Shown here in pieces: positions 51,178 to 61,496 of a stretch of 64,000 nt of DNA. The notes below the pieces were generated by a model. The model searched no databases. It worked only from the letters and a program-made list of their open reading frames with translations, and had not been told where the DNA came from. Origin of the DNA: a virus (lineage: Duplodnaviria > Caudoviricetes); IMG/VR virus record IMGVR_UViG_3300031965_000935, positions 4,792 to 68,791 of that record; one strand, written 5' to 3'. Positions within the stretch are counted from its first letter, which is position 1. The number at the start of each line of letters is the position of its first letter. A program made the position numbers and the translations under genes.

Positions 51178-53917
51178 ACTCTTACTTTGGCTATGGTTTT
51201 TTAGGTTACTTTTCCGGGCGCAAACCGACCCGGTGGAAACGGTTTTTGTCCGCATCGAGGGGGATGCCTCTGGCCTCTTAGAGACCCTGGAAAAAGAAGT
51301 AGCCGCCATGAAGGAGCGGCTAAAAGAGCTTGAGGAATCGGGACAACAATCGGGCAAAAAAACCAAAAAATCATGGTTTGAGGCCGGGGCTATTTTTGGT
51401 CTGGCCGCTAAGGGCGCGGGTATGCTCCTGGACAAGGTTTTACAACTGGCTCAAGCCATTCCAGCTATGTTTATTAGTCTGGGCAAACAGGCAGTGGCGG
51501 CTAATGCCCAGTTTGAGACTTTTGGGGTCCAGTTTGAGACTTTGTTAGGCAGCGCCGGGGCTGCCCAGGCACGGTTAGAAGAACTTGCCCGCTTTGGCGT
51601 TGAAACTCCCTTTGAGCTTCCCCAGATAGTCGAGGCCAGCCGGACGCTGCAAACCTTTGGGGGGACTGCCCTGGCTACAGGTGAAAACCTGAAGCTAGTA
51701 GGCGACCTGGCCGCCGGGGTTAATCAGCCCTTCCAGTCCGTCGCGTTCTGGATTGGCCGCATGTATGACGCCCTGGAAAACGGCCAGCCATTTGGCGAGG
51801 CGGCCATGCGGTTGCAAGAAATGGGCATCCTGACCGGAGATGTGCGCCGCCAACTTGAAAGCATGCAAAAGCAGGGCAAGAGTGGGGCGGAGACTTTTGA
51901 ATTTTTCAGCGAGGCGGTCGGTGAAAAGTTTGGCGGCAACATGGAAAAGCTGGCCAAGACTTTTCAGGGGGTCACCTCTAACCTGGCAGACTTCCGGGGC
52001 ATGCTGCTCAGGGTCGGCGGGGCAGAACTGTTCGAGGCCATTCGTGATGCTGCCATAGACTTCTATGCTGTCCTGACTGAAAATGAGGATGTTTTGGTTG
52101 ACATCGCCAAAGGGGTTGGCAACATTGCCGCCTCATTTGTCAACTTTGCCCGGGTCAATCTGGCCGGGACATTCAACATTCGGGGGGCATTAGAGGGCAT
52201 CCGGGACTTTATCGGCTGGCTAGAGCGTACCATTAAAGCAGGGCAGGCTTTTGCCACCCAGATCAGGCGATACGGTGAACTATTCGGGCCTTTTACCAAG
52301 GCTATTCAAATTCTGATTAGCTTATCGAATCCTCTAATTAAACCGTTTCAACTTTTGATAACCTGGATATTACCAAATCTGGACAAGGCTTTATTAGCTG
52401 GGGCGCAGGCTTTAGCTATTGGTACAGGTGCCTGGAAAGGTCTGTTGGCGACCCTATCTCCTATTGGCGAGGTCATTACCAAGATTGGTCAGGCTATTTT
52501 CGCTCTGGCCTCTGGCGACTTCAAGCGGGCCGGGGAATTGGCCGGCGAAGCCATGGATCGCATCAAGGAGGGCCTCCTTGATGTGGATGCCGGGGTCAAG
52601 GCGGCCGGTGATTCGATTCGCCAGTCGGCGGCCGACATCGAGGCCCTGACTGCAGAGCCGATCAAAGCACCTGAGCCTGATGTCCCGGAAGCAATAGAGG
52701 ACGTTGGCCTACCGGAGCCGGACGCGGTACAGGGTAAGCTAGACGACTTGACAAACCAGATGATGGACGCCACCGAGCAGCGTAATAGCCAACTGGCCGA
52801 CCTGGAAAAAGACCACTCCGACAAGATTTTAGACATCATGTCTGATGCTAACGAAAAGCGCCTGGATATAGAGGAGACTTATCAGGACAGCCTGGCGGAA
52901 CTGGCTGAGGAAACCGAGGCAAAACGGGCCGAGATCATGGAGGGGGCAGCCAAAGACCTGGCTGACCTGGCCCGTGAGACTGACCAACAAATAGCCGGAA
53001 AACGCACCGAGTTTAACCGGGATGAAGTCCGCGAAACTGAAGATCACCTGCGGGAGATGCGCCGCCTACAGGAGGACTATCTACTTTCCTTGGATGAAGC
53101 AGTGCGCGACCGGGATGCGCGCGCGGTGGTGGATTTACAGCGCAAATTCCAGCGGGAATCGAGTAAAAAAGAAGAGGACTTTTCGATTGGTCAGGGGCGG
53201 GAAAAAGAGGACTTCAACACCGAACTGGAGGAACTACGTCAGAATGAAGCGACCCGCCGTGATGAAATCCTGACCGCTCAGGCTGAAGCCCTGACCGACC
53301 TGATTGAGCATGAGGAGGAAAAACGCCTCGAAATCGAGGAACGGCGGCAAGAGGGATTAGACACTCTACAGGAGAATCTAGCCGAGCAGCTTCAGCGGGA
53401 AAACGAAAACTACTATGAGCGTCAGGCGGCCCTGGAGCAGGCCCTGGCCCAGCGCCTGGAAGCCATAGCCCAAAATCTGGCCGATGAGAATGCGGTCACA
53501 GAGGAGGGCGCACGCAAGGTCTTAGAAACCCTCAACCAGTATTTCGGTGCGGGTGGGGATATTGACCAGCTTATGGCCGACTTTGCCAAACGGCGGCAGA
53601 TGCGAGCGGAAATTCAGGTTGAATTTTCCGCCCCAGAGCTCCCCCCGGCTCTGCCGACCTTTGGCGCGCAGTTTGCCGGGCCTTTCCAGCATGGCGGCTC
53701 GTTCATAGCCTCGAAGCCGACTCTGGCCCTCTTTGGCGAAGGTGGCCCCGAACTGGGCCAGTTTACGCCTCTCTCCCAAATTTCAAATCCGGGCAATGGC
53801 AGCAAGATTCAGGTTGAATTTAGCGGCAGTGCGCCGCCGGGCATTGGAGTACCAGAGCGGGACCAGATCGCCGCCGTGGTGCTCAGCGCCCTACAGGAAA
53901 GCGGGATATTAGGCTGA
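51164..53917 (+). CDS. tape measure protein
   Basis: VRIEGDASGL, FETLLGSA..A, ETPFELPQI, long coiled coil, FQHGG. Confidence 0.92.
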   Translation: MFLLRLLLWLWFFRLLFRAQTDPVETVFVRIEGDASGLLETLEKEVAAMKERLKELEESGQQSGKKTKKSWFEAGAIFGLAAKGAGMLLDKVLQLAQAIPAMFISLGKQAVAANAQFETFGVQFETLLGSAGAAQARLEELARFGVETPFELPQIVEASRTLQTFGGTALATGENLKLVGDLAAGVNQPFQSVAFWIGRMYDALENGQPFGEAAMRLQEMGILTGDVRRQLESMQKQGKSGAETFEFFSEAVGEKFGGNMEKLAKTFQGVTSNLADFRGMLLRVGGAELFEAIRDAAIDFYAVLTENEDVLVDIAKGVGNIAASFVNFARVNLAGTFNIRGALEGIRDFIGWLERTIKAGQAFATQIRRYGELFGPFTKAIQILISLSNPLIKPFQLLITWILPNLDKALLAGAQALAIGTGAWKGLLATLSPIGEVITKIGQAIFALASGDFKRAGELAGEAMDRIKEGLLDVDAGVKAAGDSIRQSAADIEALTAEPIKAPEPDVPEAIEDVGLPEPDAVQGKLDDLTNQMMDATEQRNSQLADLEKDHSDKILDIMSDANEKRLDIEETYQDSLAELAEETEAKRAEIMEGAAKDLADLARETDQQIAGKRTEFNRDEVRETEDHLREMRRLQEDYLLSLDEAVRDRDARAVVDLQRKFQRESSKKEEDFSIGQGREKEDFNTELEELRQNEATRRDEILTAQAEALTDLIEHEEEKRLEIEERRQEGLDTLQENLAEQLQRENENYYERQAALEQALAQRLEAIAQNLADENAVTEEGARKVLETLNQYFGAGGDIDQLMADFAKRRQMRAEIQVEFSAPELPPALPTFGAQFAGPFQHGGSFIASKPTLALFGEGGPELGQFTPLSQISNPGNGSKIQVEFSGSAPPGIGVPERDQIAAVVLSALQESGILG

Positions 53918-54012
53918 ATGGGCAAAACACTGAGGGAGATACTGAGCCGCAACTTGAGAAGGCGGCGGAACTACAAAAGAAATGGGGAACGGCAACAAAT
54001 CAGGTATGGGAG

Positions 54013-54729
54013 ATGGGTCCGCATCGGGTGGTCTGCGGGGATTGCACAGATAGGGCGGTGGTGGAGGCGGTGATGCGGGGGGAAGTTGCATTACTCATGG
54101 TGACTGATCCGCCTTACGGGGTTGAATACGATCCTGACTGGCGAAATGAAGCGGCAAAAAAAGGATTCCTGTCCTACTCTCCGCGTAGGACAGGAATCGT
54201 CTATAATGATGATCGTGTGGATTGGTCAGATGCTTATTTGTTGTTTACAGGCGATGTAGCCTATACGTGGTCGCCGGGAGGCGACCCCGTTATTATAACG
54301 GGGTTAGCGATGCAAAAAGCTGGTTTTTTAATTCGTAATCAAATTGTTTGGCGTAAGCCTCATTTCCCAATAAGTAGAGGACATTATACTTATCAACATG
54401 AGCCATGTTGGTACGGTGTTCGCAAAAACAAAAAGTCACATTGGATAGGTGATAATACCGCTTCGACTGTTTGGGACATCTCCCTTGACAAAAATGTTGA
54501 GGGAGGACATGGCACACAAAAACCGCTTGAATGTATGGCGAAACCTATCAGAAATCATAACAGCGAATTGGTTTATGACCCTTTTCTCGGCAGCGGTACA
54601 ACTCTAATCGCCTGCCACAACTTGGGCCGGCGATGTCGGGGGATTGAGATAGATCCGGGATACATGGCGGTAATTCTTGAACGCTTCCAGCAGCATACTG
54701 GGCTTGAACCAAGGCGAATCGAGGGCTAA
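54013..54729 (+). CDS. beta-class N4/N6 DNA methyltransferase, 5'-truncated
   Basis: VCGDCT, TDPPYG, NQIVW.K, HGTQKP, YDPFLGSGTT, GIEIDP. Confidence 0.85.
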   Translation: MGPHRVVCGDCTDRAVVEAVMRGEVALLMVTDPPYGVEYDPDWRNEAAKKGFLSYSPRRTGIVYNDDRVDWSDAYLLFTGDVAYTWSPGGDPVIITGLAMQKAGFLIRNQIVWRKPHFPISRGHYTYQHEPCWYGVRKNKKSHWIGDNTASTVWDISLDKNVEGGHGTQKPLECMAKPIRNHNSELVYDPFLGSGTTLIACHNLGRRCRGIEIDPGYMAVILERFQQHTGLEPRRIEG

Positions 54730-55112
54730 TGTCAGGCACGTATCAATTAGGCAACCCTGGGCCACCCCTGGCCTTATTTCCAAAAAATCCCCTGACCAAG
54801 CGCTGGCAAAGAGAGCAGGCGGCCACCAGAGGAACGGGCGAGCCGATTTACAGCGCCTTCTGGCGGCTCGACCTGGGTTTCGGCTCGCTCAGGACGCAGG
54901 GTGATTCGGATTTTTTTGAATCGCGTTTCATCTCCGGCGGCCTCTACCATGCTATTCTACCGCACCCGATAACTGGCTTGCCGGTCGGTTTTACCGGTGT
55001 AGCTATAGAGGATTATCAATTTACTTTCACCGACGTTGACCGGGATTATTATGCCGAGGGCGCGCGCCTGAGCCTGGGCCATATCAATCTATCGGCTACG
55101 GGGACGTTTTAA
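54729..55112 (+). CDS. distal tail-like protein
   Basis: Position between tape measure and large tail protein. Confidence 0.5.
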   Translation: MSGTYQLGNPGPPLALFPKNPLTKRWQREQAATRGTGEPIYSAFWRLDLGFGSLRTQGDSDFFESRFISGGLYHAILPHPITGLPVGFTGVAIEDYQFTFTDVDRDYYAEGARLSLGHINLSATGTF

Positions 55113-58100
55113 TGGCTACAGCCAGCGGGTTGGAGTTCTTTTTAGTAGTCTTGAAACCAGTGACCGTGTTTAGCGGTCGGGTCAATGGCGCGCCCGTCGA
55201 TCCGTTTGTCTCCCTCACCTGGGATGCCGGCGCGACCGGGACCGCCTCAGCCGTGGGCACTTCCGGCGCGCCGGTTGCAGGCAACAGCCTCTGGATAGGC
55301 TCAAGCGTAGGCGGCCGCGAGCGGGGTCTGGTGCGCCTCAGAGACTGGACGCCTTCAGACCCGACTGGGACGGTCGGTACACTCAAGATTGCCGAAACGG
55401 ACGATACCGGGCCGCTGATTGCCGATAATGACTACCTGACTGCCAAGCTGGAATGGCGGCTCTGGCCCAGAGTACCCCGGATTGTCTCAGACGATCCAAA
55501 CTCGATTGAATACTATGAGGATTATGACCTGGGCTACAGCGACCAGACCATTGATTGGCTGCCGGTCGCGGTGCCCGGGCCGCCGGCGGTCGAGTTTCTG
55601 GCCGGGGGCGTGGCTCAGGTCAGCTTTGTCGGTAATCGCTCTTTTGCTTTAGCACCCGGCGCGACCTTATCTAGCTACCTTTGGACGGCGCACGGCTCCG
55701 CCGAGGGGACTTCTAGCAGCGCGGGGACTGAGGTCAGTCCGGTGACATTCACCTGGTCGGCCGCCGGGCAGTACCTGGTCAGCCTGCGCGTGACCGATTC
55801 AAATAGCAAAACGCACACCTCATATACCTGGGCCTTTATTATCAATCCGGCATCCCCGACCGATGTCGCCTATACCCAATTTGACGCAATCAATGATACC
55901 TTGGATTTTGACCAGGGAGGCGGCCAGTGCTCTTTTACCGTCCATGGCACGGCCGATGCCAGCCAGTTTCCTCAAGAGAGCCTGGTCATTCATGCCTGCC
56001 GGGGGACGCTGACCACGGCGACCGCTACCTGGCCATTTCGGACAAATGTCCTTTTTGTCGGCTATGTGCAAAGCAATACCATTCGCCAGGATTATAACCA
56101 TAATACGATCACTTTTCAGGCCGTAACCATAAACGGCCTCATGAAAAGCCTGGCCTGCTATCCAGTGCGCCTGGAGGACACCGACGGCCCCCGCAACTGG
56201 ACGCAGGCGCACGATCTGACCGTAGATAGAATCGCCTCATTTCTCTACCACTGGCGATCTACCCTGAGCCTTATGACTTCAATCAGGCCAATGAACTATG
56301 ACGCCGAAATCAAGTCTCAGGATTTCGGGCCGGGCAATATCTACGGCCAGCTACAAAACGACCTGGTGGGGGACGCCTGGGGGCGGGTAGTGAGCGACCA
56401 TCAAAGTGTCCTCTATCTGCTCCGGGATTATCAACTCATGACCACCTCGGAGCGGGCGGCCATAACGACCCGCAAGACCCTGCACAAAGGCATCTGGCTC
56501 GATACGGTCGAGATTGACGAGCGCCCGGACTGGTTCAAACCGGTGCGTAAAGTCAAGATGAATGGCGTCTATTACCCTGGCAACCAGGCGGACCCGCAGG
56601 CCCTTTTTTCTGAGGCCCCTGGGGATGTGCAAGGCGATTTCGGGAATGAAGGCAATGCCAGCGGAAAGATTTTGACCACTCAGAGCGACTTGAATACCCG
56701 CTGTGGCCTGGCTTTTGCCCGCGAGATTATGCGTTATCACTCGATGCGCGCCGCCTTTATCAATGATGGCTCTTTTACTACAGCCCCACAGGAGCTTTTC
56801 CCGGCCAACATAGAATCGGGCGACAACAGCCGGGGACTGGTCTGGCAACCGAACTTATTGCCCAGGCGTATCCGGCGGCGATATGACCATAAAGGCGGCT
56901 TTTTTATCTCAGAGGTTGAGTTCGAGCCTTCAGCCACGGGCGCGGCCGGGGTGACTGTAGACATGCCGGCTGAGCCGCCGGGGAAGGATGATGGCTTCAA
57001 GCGGCCTCAGTACGATCCGCCTGTAACTCCCCCGGTCTGGGCTCCCCCGGTCATTCCCGTGCCCGGCGCGGCCGTAGCCTCAGACTTGACGAATGGCGTC
57101 TACTGGACGCTCAACAGCGGCGCGACCTGGGCGCAGCGGGTCAACGGCCTGGAGAAGATTGCTACCGGTACGGTGTCGCAGTGGGCCTTCGAGGACCTGA
57201 TTTGGGACCCGTGGTGGTTTACCGAATTTCGGAAAAATACGTATGACCCGGAGCAGGTCATCCTTTGGGGTTGTGGGCGGGGCTTTGTGGTCAAGAGTGA
57301 GGATGCTGGCAAAAATTGGGTAGATATGACCAGCTACCTAGGGGTGGTGGCCAACTCCTATGATGACGAGCCGCCGCCCAGTATCTACGATATGACTTTT
57401 CATCAGATGCATGGAGACATTCATCAGTTAAACAAATTATGTATGATTGCCGAATATGAAACGGGCAGCCAGTCCCGAGCCTGGTTTTTAACCTCAGTGG
57501 ATAGCGGATTTTCCTGGAACTGGCATCCATTTGCCAGTTTCAGTCAGGACGGCGGCGCATATTTTTACGCTACTGCGGTACGGATGTGGTGTCAGGGACC
57601 AGCAAGCGGCAAATTTTGGAATCCACACGATGCAGGAAATATACCAGGGCCAGATGACGATCTGACCGGTTATTTTCAAAAAGAGGCATCCGGGGGAGGC
57701 TGCGATGGAGTATTTCAACACCACGTTACAATCGACTTTGGCGGCCCCATTTCCAATATCATCTTTGGGGCGCGCACCCGGGGAAATTTGGCCGATGTTT
57801 TTCCTCAAGTGCGTTATAGCAATAATGCGTCTGATTATAACGACCCCGGCGGCGCGGGGTGGACTAACCCAGATGCGGGCAACCCGCCCGGGGCTAACCT
57901 GTGGTATAACAAAGACGCCAGTTTGACCTGGTGGGACCGAACGGGCTTGACTATCGCTACCCCTTACCGTTACGTGAAGGTGAAAAATAACGGCCAAACA
58001 GCCGATCCGGATGGTGAGGAATTGCACATCGATGCGTTCCGGGCGGCCGGCACCGGGTCATTTCCAGAGGTCAAACCGCTGGCAATGGACCTGGACAATC

Positions 58101-58759
58101 AGGATGGCACACGCCTTTTTGCAACCAGTTATAGTTCGACCGGCGGCGGCAGTGGGCAACTTTATCTACAGCGCTGGGATATTTCCGACCCGGATGCTGT
58201 TGCCGGTTCAACCACGTATGATTTTGGTTCGGTCTCCGAGGCCGATATAGACGCTAAAACTCGCTATGCAGTCCCCTATTGCCCGGCCTTTTTTGATGTG
58301 GCCGGTTTTGGCGATTATGTCTATGTTTTTGGCTACTTGCCGGATAACGGTCATATTCAGGTTTCCACAACTGCCGCCATGGATACCTTTACCGAAATTG
58401 GTTCGGCCGGTTGGGGGGCAAACCGGGTAGGCGGCTTCCTGGCTTTTTCGACCTCGGAACTATACGCGATTATCAATGTGACGGGCGGATCGCAGCTCTG
58501 GCAATCGTTAAATAGCGGCTCAACCTGGGTGCAGCTCAACACCTTTCCTTTCCAGGTTGAATTTGAGGCGGTTTCGCGGCATGCCGGGGGGCGGCTGCTG
58601 GTCGGGGCCAATACGACCGGGCCAGTCCAGGGAGCGTATTTGAATACGCCATGGAATACAGGTGGATACGTGGACGCGACCGGGCCAGCCGGCCAGAGAC
58701 TGCCAGGGGTCAGCGGGGACGGGGGAACGGGGGTGAGCGCGATTATATGGGTGGGATAA
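55112..58759 (+). CDS. large tail tip/receptor-binding protein (PKD-like domain, hub, BNR propeller)
   Basis: SSYLWT...AGQYLVSLRVTDS; Asp-box repeats S.D.G.(N/T/S)W; 1215 aa. Confidence 0.8.
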   Translation: MATASGLEFFLVVLKPVTVFSGRVNGAPVDPFVSLTWDAGATGTASAVGTSGAPVAGNSLWIGSSVGGRERGLVRLRDWTPSDPTGTVGTLKIAETDDTGPLIADNDYLTAKLEWRLWPRVPRIVSDDPNSIEYYEDYDLGYSDQTIDWLPVAVPGPPAVEFLAGGVAQVSFVGNRSFALAPGATLSSYLWTAHGSAEGTSSSAGTEVSPVTFTWSAAGQYLVSLRVTDSNSKTHTSYTWAFIINPASPTDVAYTQFDAINDTLDFDQGGGQCSFTVHGTADASQFPQESLVIHACRGTLTTATATWPFRTNVLFVGYVQSNTIRQDYNHNTITFQAVTINGLMKSLACYPVRLEDTDGPRNWTQAHDLTVDRIASFLYHWRSTLSLMTSIRPMNYDAEIKSQDFGPGNIYGQLQNDLVGDAWGRVVSDHQSVLYLLRDYQLMTTSERAAITTRKTLHKGIWLDTVEIDERPDWFKPVRKVKMNGVYYPGNQADPQALFSEAPGDVQGDFGNEGNASGKILTTQSDLNTRCGLAFAREIMRYHSMRAAFINDGSFTTAPQELFPANIESGDNSRGLVWQPNLLPRRIRRRYDHKGGFFISEVEFEPSATGAAGVTVDMPAEPPGKDDGFKRPQYDPPVTPPVWAPPVIPVPGAAVASDLTNGVYWTLNSGATWAQRVNGLEKIATGTVSQWAFEDLIWDPWWFTEFRKNTYDPEQVILWGCGRGFVVKSEDAGKNWVDMTSYLGVVANSYDDEPPPSIYDMTFHQMHGDIHQLNKLCMIAEYETGSQSRAWFLTSVDSGFSWNWHPFASFSQDGGAYFYATAVRMWCQGPASGKFWNPHDAGNIPGPDDDLTGYFQKEASGGGCDGVFQHHVTIDFGGPISNIIFGARTRGNLADVFPQVRYSNNASDYNDPGGAGWTNPDAGNPPGANLWYNKDASLTWWDRTGLTIATPYRYVKVKNNGQTADPDGEELHIDAFRAAGTGSFPEVKPLAMDLDNQDGTRLFATSYSSTGGGSGQLYLQRWDISDPDAVAGSTTYDFGSVSEADIDAKTRYAVPYCPAFFDVAGFGDYVYVFGYLPDNGHIQVSTTAAMDTFTEIGSAGWGANRVGGFLAFSTSELYAIINVTGGSQLWQSLNSGSTWVQLNTFPFQVEFEAVSRHAGGRLLVGANTTGPVQGAYLNTPWNTGGYVDATGPAGQRLPGVSGDGGTGVSAIIWVG

Positions 58760-59577
58760 TGACCGACTTTGACATCTTCTACCAGGCGGCCAGGGCTTGG
58801 GCCAGCGGTGGGCAACCAGACTGGCTTTACCCGTTTCCGACCCTGTTTTTATTTTTGCCATTTCTGGCCTTTCCGTTGCCAGCAGCCAAAGTTATCTGGT
58901 TCGGCTTGAGCCTGGCGGCGGTAGTGGCAGTTTTTAAGCGATTCAGCCTGCTGGCGGTGTTTTATATCCCTTTACTCCAATGTCTTTTTTTAGGTCAGCT
59001 AGACCCTATTTTTTTGCCGGTTGTAGCCCTTCCTTCTGGGACAGGGCTGGCCTTGCTGACCCTGAAGCCTCAACTAGTCTGGCTATTTTTACCTATCTGG
59101 GTTCTGACTTCGACCCTTCCACAAGATCAGGGCTCAGCCGCGAATCGTAAGCAAATCGTCAGTTTTTTGGCAGTTTCCGGGCTCCTGTGGGGACTGCCGC
59201 TGTTGCTCTGGCCTGATTACCTGATATACTGGCAGTCCCGTGACCCAGCGCAGGCGGCCTATGTCTCTCCTTCTCTATGGGGCGGCGGGTATTTACATTT
59301 TGGCGTGATTCTGATAATAGGGGGCCTGTTTATTATCAAAGCTGCGCATACGCCAAAAGAAAAATGGGCGGCTGTGACTGCGGTCAATCCATTTTTGAAT
59401 ATTTATAACCTGGTAATACTTTTACCCTTGACCAGGGGGCGAACCCGGCTGGCCCTTATTCCCTTATCCTGGGTAGTCTTTTGGCTGACTAACCAGGTTG
59501 GGACGGCCTGGCCGGGGCTCATTCTGACCCTGGCGGCTCTGTTTGGGCCATATCGTAAATTTAACGTAAATGGCTGA
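58759..59577 (+). CDS. GT87/DUF2029-like integral membrane glycosyltransferase
   Basis: DF.IFY.AA, YPFPTL.LFLPF, GQ.D, L.LKPQL; about 8 TM segments. Confidence 0.75.
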   Translation: MTDFDIFYQAARAWASGGQPDWLYPFPTLFLFLPFLAFPLPAAKVIWFGLSLAAVVAVFKRFSLLAVFYIPLLQCLFLGQLDPIFLPVVALPSGTGLALLTLKPQLVWLFLPIWVLTSTLPQDQGSAANRKQIVSFLAVSGLLWGLPLLLWPDYLIYWQSRDPAQAAYVSPSLWGGGYLHFGVILIIGGLFIIKAAHTPKEKWAAVTAVNPFLNIYNLVILLPLTRGRTRLALIPLSWVVFWLTNQVGTAWPGLILTLAALFGPYRKFNVNG

Positions 59578-61099
59578 TTTTCATGAACTCACTGAAGCCC
59601 TGCGTTATCTGTTAGCGCGGCGGATTCAGGCCAAAGTGGAATATACCCACGGCCTGTTGGGGAATGGTCAGGGGCAGGTCAAGGTCAGCGGGCGGGATGA
59701 TTACGTTTATGTCCGGCCTGACCGCTTTTCATCACGCATTTTTGAAGTTTTCAATAAGCGCGTGACCGGTGATGATGGGACGCCAGTTTTAGTCGGTACA
59801 CTGCCCTGGGAGCCGAATCTTACTCAGGTCATCGATGTTGACTGGGAAACCTACCGCCAAAGTGGATGGGGAGATGACCATTCCGCCGTGGGCTACCATG
59901 GCCGGACGCACGAATGGCGGGACGCTGCGCCGGGCATGGACACCTTCAATGTCTACCGACGGCAGATGGGCGATCTCAAGACGACGCCGGTCGGTTCCGG
60001 CACCACGTCCGTAACCGTGACGAGCTACAGCCTGACCTGGCTTGGTGAGCAAAAAGCCTGGCCCGGTACGGTCGGTTTTAGTCTAAATCAGGCGGTGCCC
60101 GCCTCGACCGGGACAGCGCGCCTGGCCCTGGTCTACTGGTCGCCCAGCTCGGGGACCAGCGGCTGGCTTGGAGTGGCAACCGGGACCCTGGACATAGATA
60201 GCCCGGCTATCAACCTGAATCGGCCTGTTACGCCGGCGGGGACGATCCCCTCGGCTTATGTGCGGTTAGCCGGCGGGCAGACTTCTGTTACTGAGTTCGA
60301 CATTTATGATGCCCGCGAGCCCTGGACGCCAAACCTGGCCTTTGGGTTGGGTGACAGCCAGTTACATGCGGGCCTGATTCCGATTAGCCCGCTGGCCTGC
60401 TTCACGGGCACAACCATCCAGGCAGCTTTAGACGAAATTTGCGAGAATGGGGCGGTCTTGGGGCCGGCCGGCGGCGACTTGACCGGGACATATCCGAACC
60501 CGACCGTGGCCGGCATCTACGGAACGCCCTACGGCGGTGAAACGCCCCAGGCAGGTGATGTGTTGATGTTTACCGGCTCAGCCTGGCGGCCGGGCCCGGT
60601 GAATGTAGATGTCTGGGACGAGATACCTTTCTTCCGGGAAGGGGTACTCGTTACTGGCTCCAATGTCGACCGGGCGCACATTATCAGCGGGCCGGGAGTG
60701 ATTGAATATGCCTATATCCATTTGAAAACGCCGGGGAGCACCGGGACGACTCTGGTAGACTTTAATATCAATGATATGACTGTTTTCACTACTCAAGCCA
60801 ACCGGCCACAAATTGCCGGCGGCCAGACAGTTAAGTATGACCGCTCAGGTGCACCAGACCTGCCGCTGGTTACAGAGTACGACATCCTGACCATGGACAT
60901 TGACACTATCGGGACAAGCGCGGCCGACCTGTCGGCTACGGTCAAAGTCAGGCGCACCGCGACCACCTCTCCGGCTGTAGCGGCCGGTCTGGACTTGGCC
61001 GAGGCGCGGTTCTATGGGGTCTACTTTGATGGCTGGTTTGACCATGGCGGTCTGGACACGGCCAATTTAGATGAGCTCAGATTTTATTTTGCGGTTTAG
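59570..61099 (+). CDS. tail fibre/minor tail protein
   Basis: GPAGGDLTGTYPNPTV motif; T/G-rich. Confidence 0.7.
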   Translation: MADFHELTEALRYLLARRIQAKVEYTHGLLGNGQGQVKVSGRDDYVYVRPDRFSSRIFEVFNKRVTGDDGTPVLVGTLPWEPNLTQVIDVDWETYRQSGWGDDHSAVGYHGRTHEWRDAAPGMDTFNVYRRQMGDLKTTPVGSGTTSVTVTSYSLTWLGEQKAWPGTVGFSLNQAVPASTGTARLALVYWSPSSGTSGWLGVATGTLDIDSPAINLNRPVTPAGTIPSAYVRLAGGQTSVTEFDIYDAREPWTPNLAFGLGDSQLHAGLIPISPLACFTGTTIQAALDEICENGAVLGPAGGDLTGTYPNPTVAGIYGTPYGGETPQAGDVLMFTGSAWRPGPVNVDVWDEIPFFREGVLVTGSNVDRAHIISGPGVIEYAYIHLKTPGSTGTTLVDFNINDMTVFTTQANRPQIAGGQTVKYDRSGAPDLPLVTEYDILTMDIDTIGTSAADLSATVKVRRTATTSPAVAAGLDLAEARFYGVYFDGWFDHGGLDTANLDELRFYFAV

Positions 61100-61139
61100 C
61101 ACTCTCCTAACAGGGAGTATGAGAGAAAGGATTTAGACT

Positions 61140-61496
61140 ATGGCTACTTATGCACCTGTACAGCTATCCGGCAGCACCAGTGGCCGGCCAATAAAAGTAA
61201 CAGCAACTAGTACCCCCGGAACGCTGATTCATACGGCAGTCAGCGGAGCGGCCGATTTTGACGAAATCTGGCTTTTTGCGACTAATACCTCAGTATTGCC
61301 GGTAAAAATAACCATAGAATGGGGTGGTGTGACTTCGCCGGATGACCTGATAGAAGATACAATCCCAGGGGAAAGCGGCCTGCATCTGGTCATCCCACGC
61401 GGCATGCGGCTTAATGGTGGAGTGGTGGTAAGAGCCTTTGCCGCGACCACAGCGGTTATCAATGTCACGGGCGGGGTAGACAGGAGGACGGCCTAA
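61140..61496 (+). CDS. minor tail protein
   Basis: LS.S..GR.I.V.AT.TPGT.IHTA; beta-rich. Confidence 0.6.
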   Translation: MATYAPVQLSGSTSGRPIKVTATSTPGTLIHTAVSGAADFDEIWLFATNTSVLPVKITIEWGGVTSPDDLIEDTIPGESGLHLVIPRGMRLNGGVVVRAFAATTAVINVTGGVDRRTA

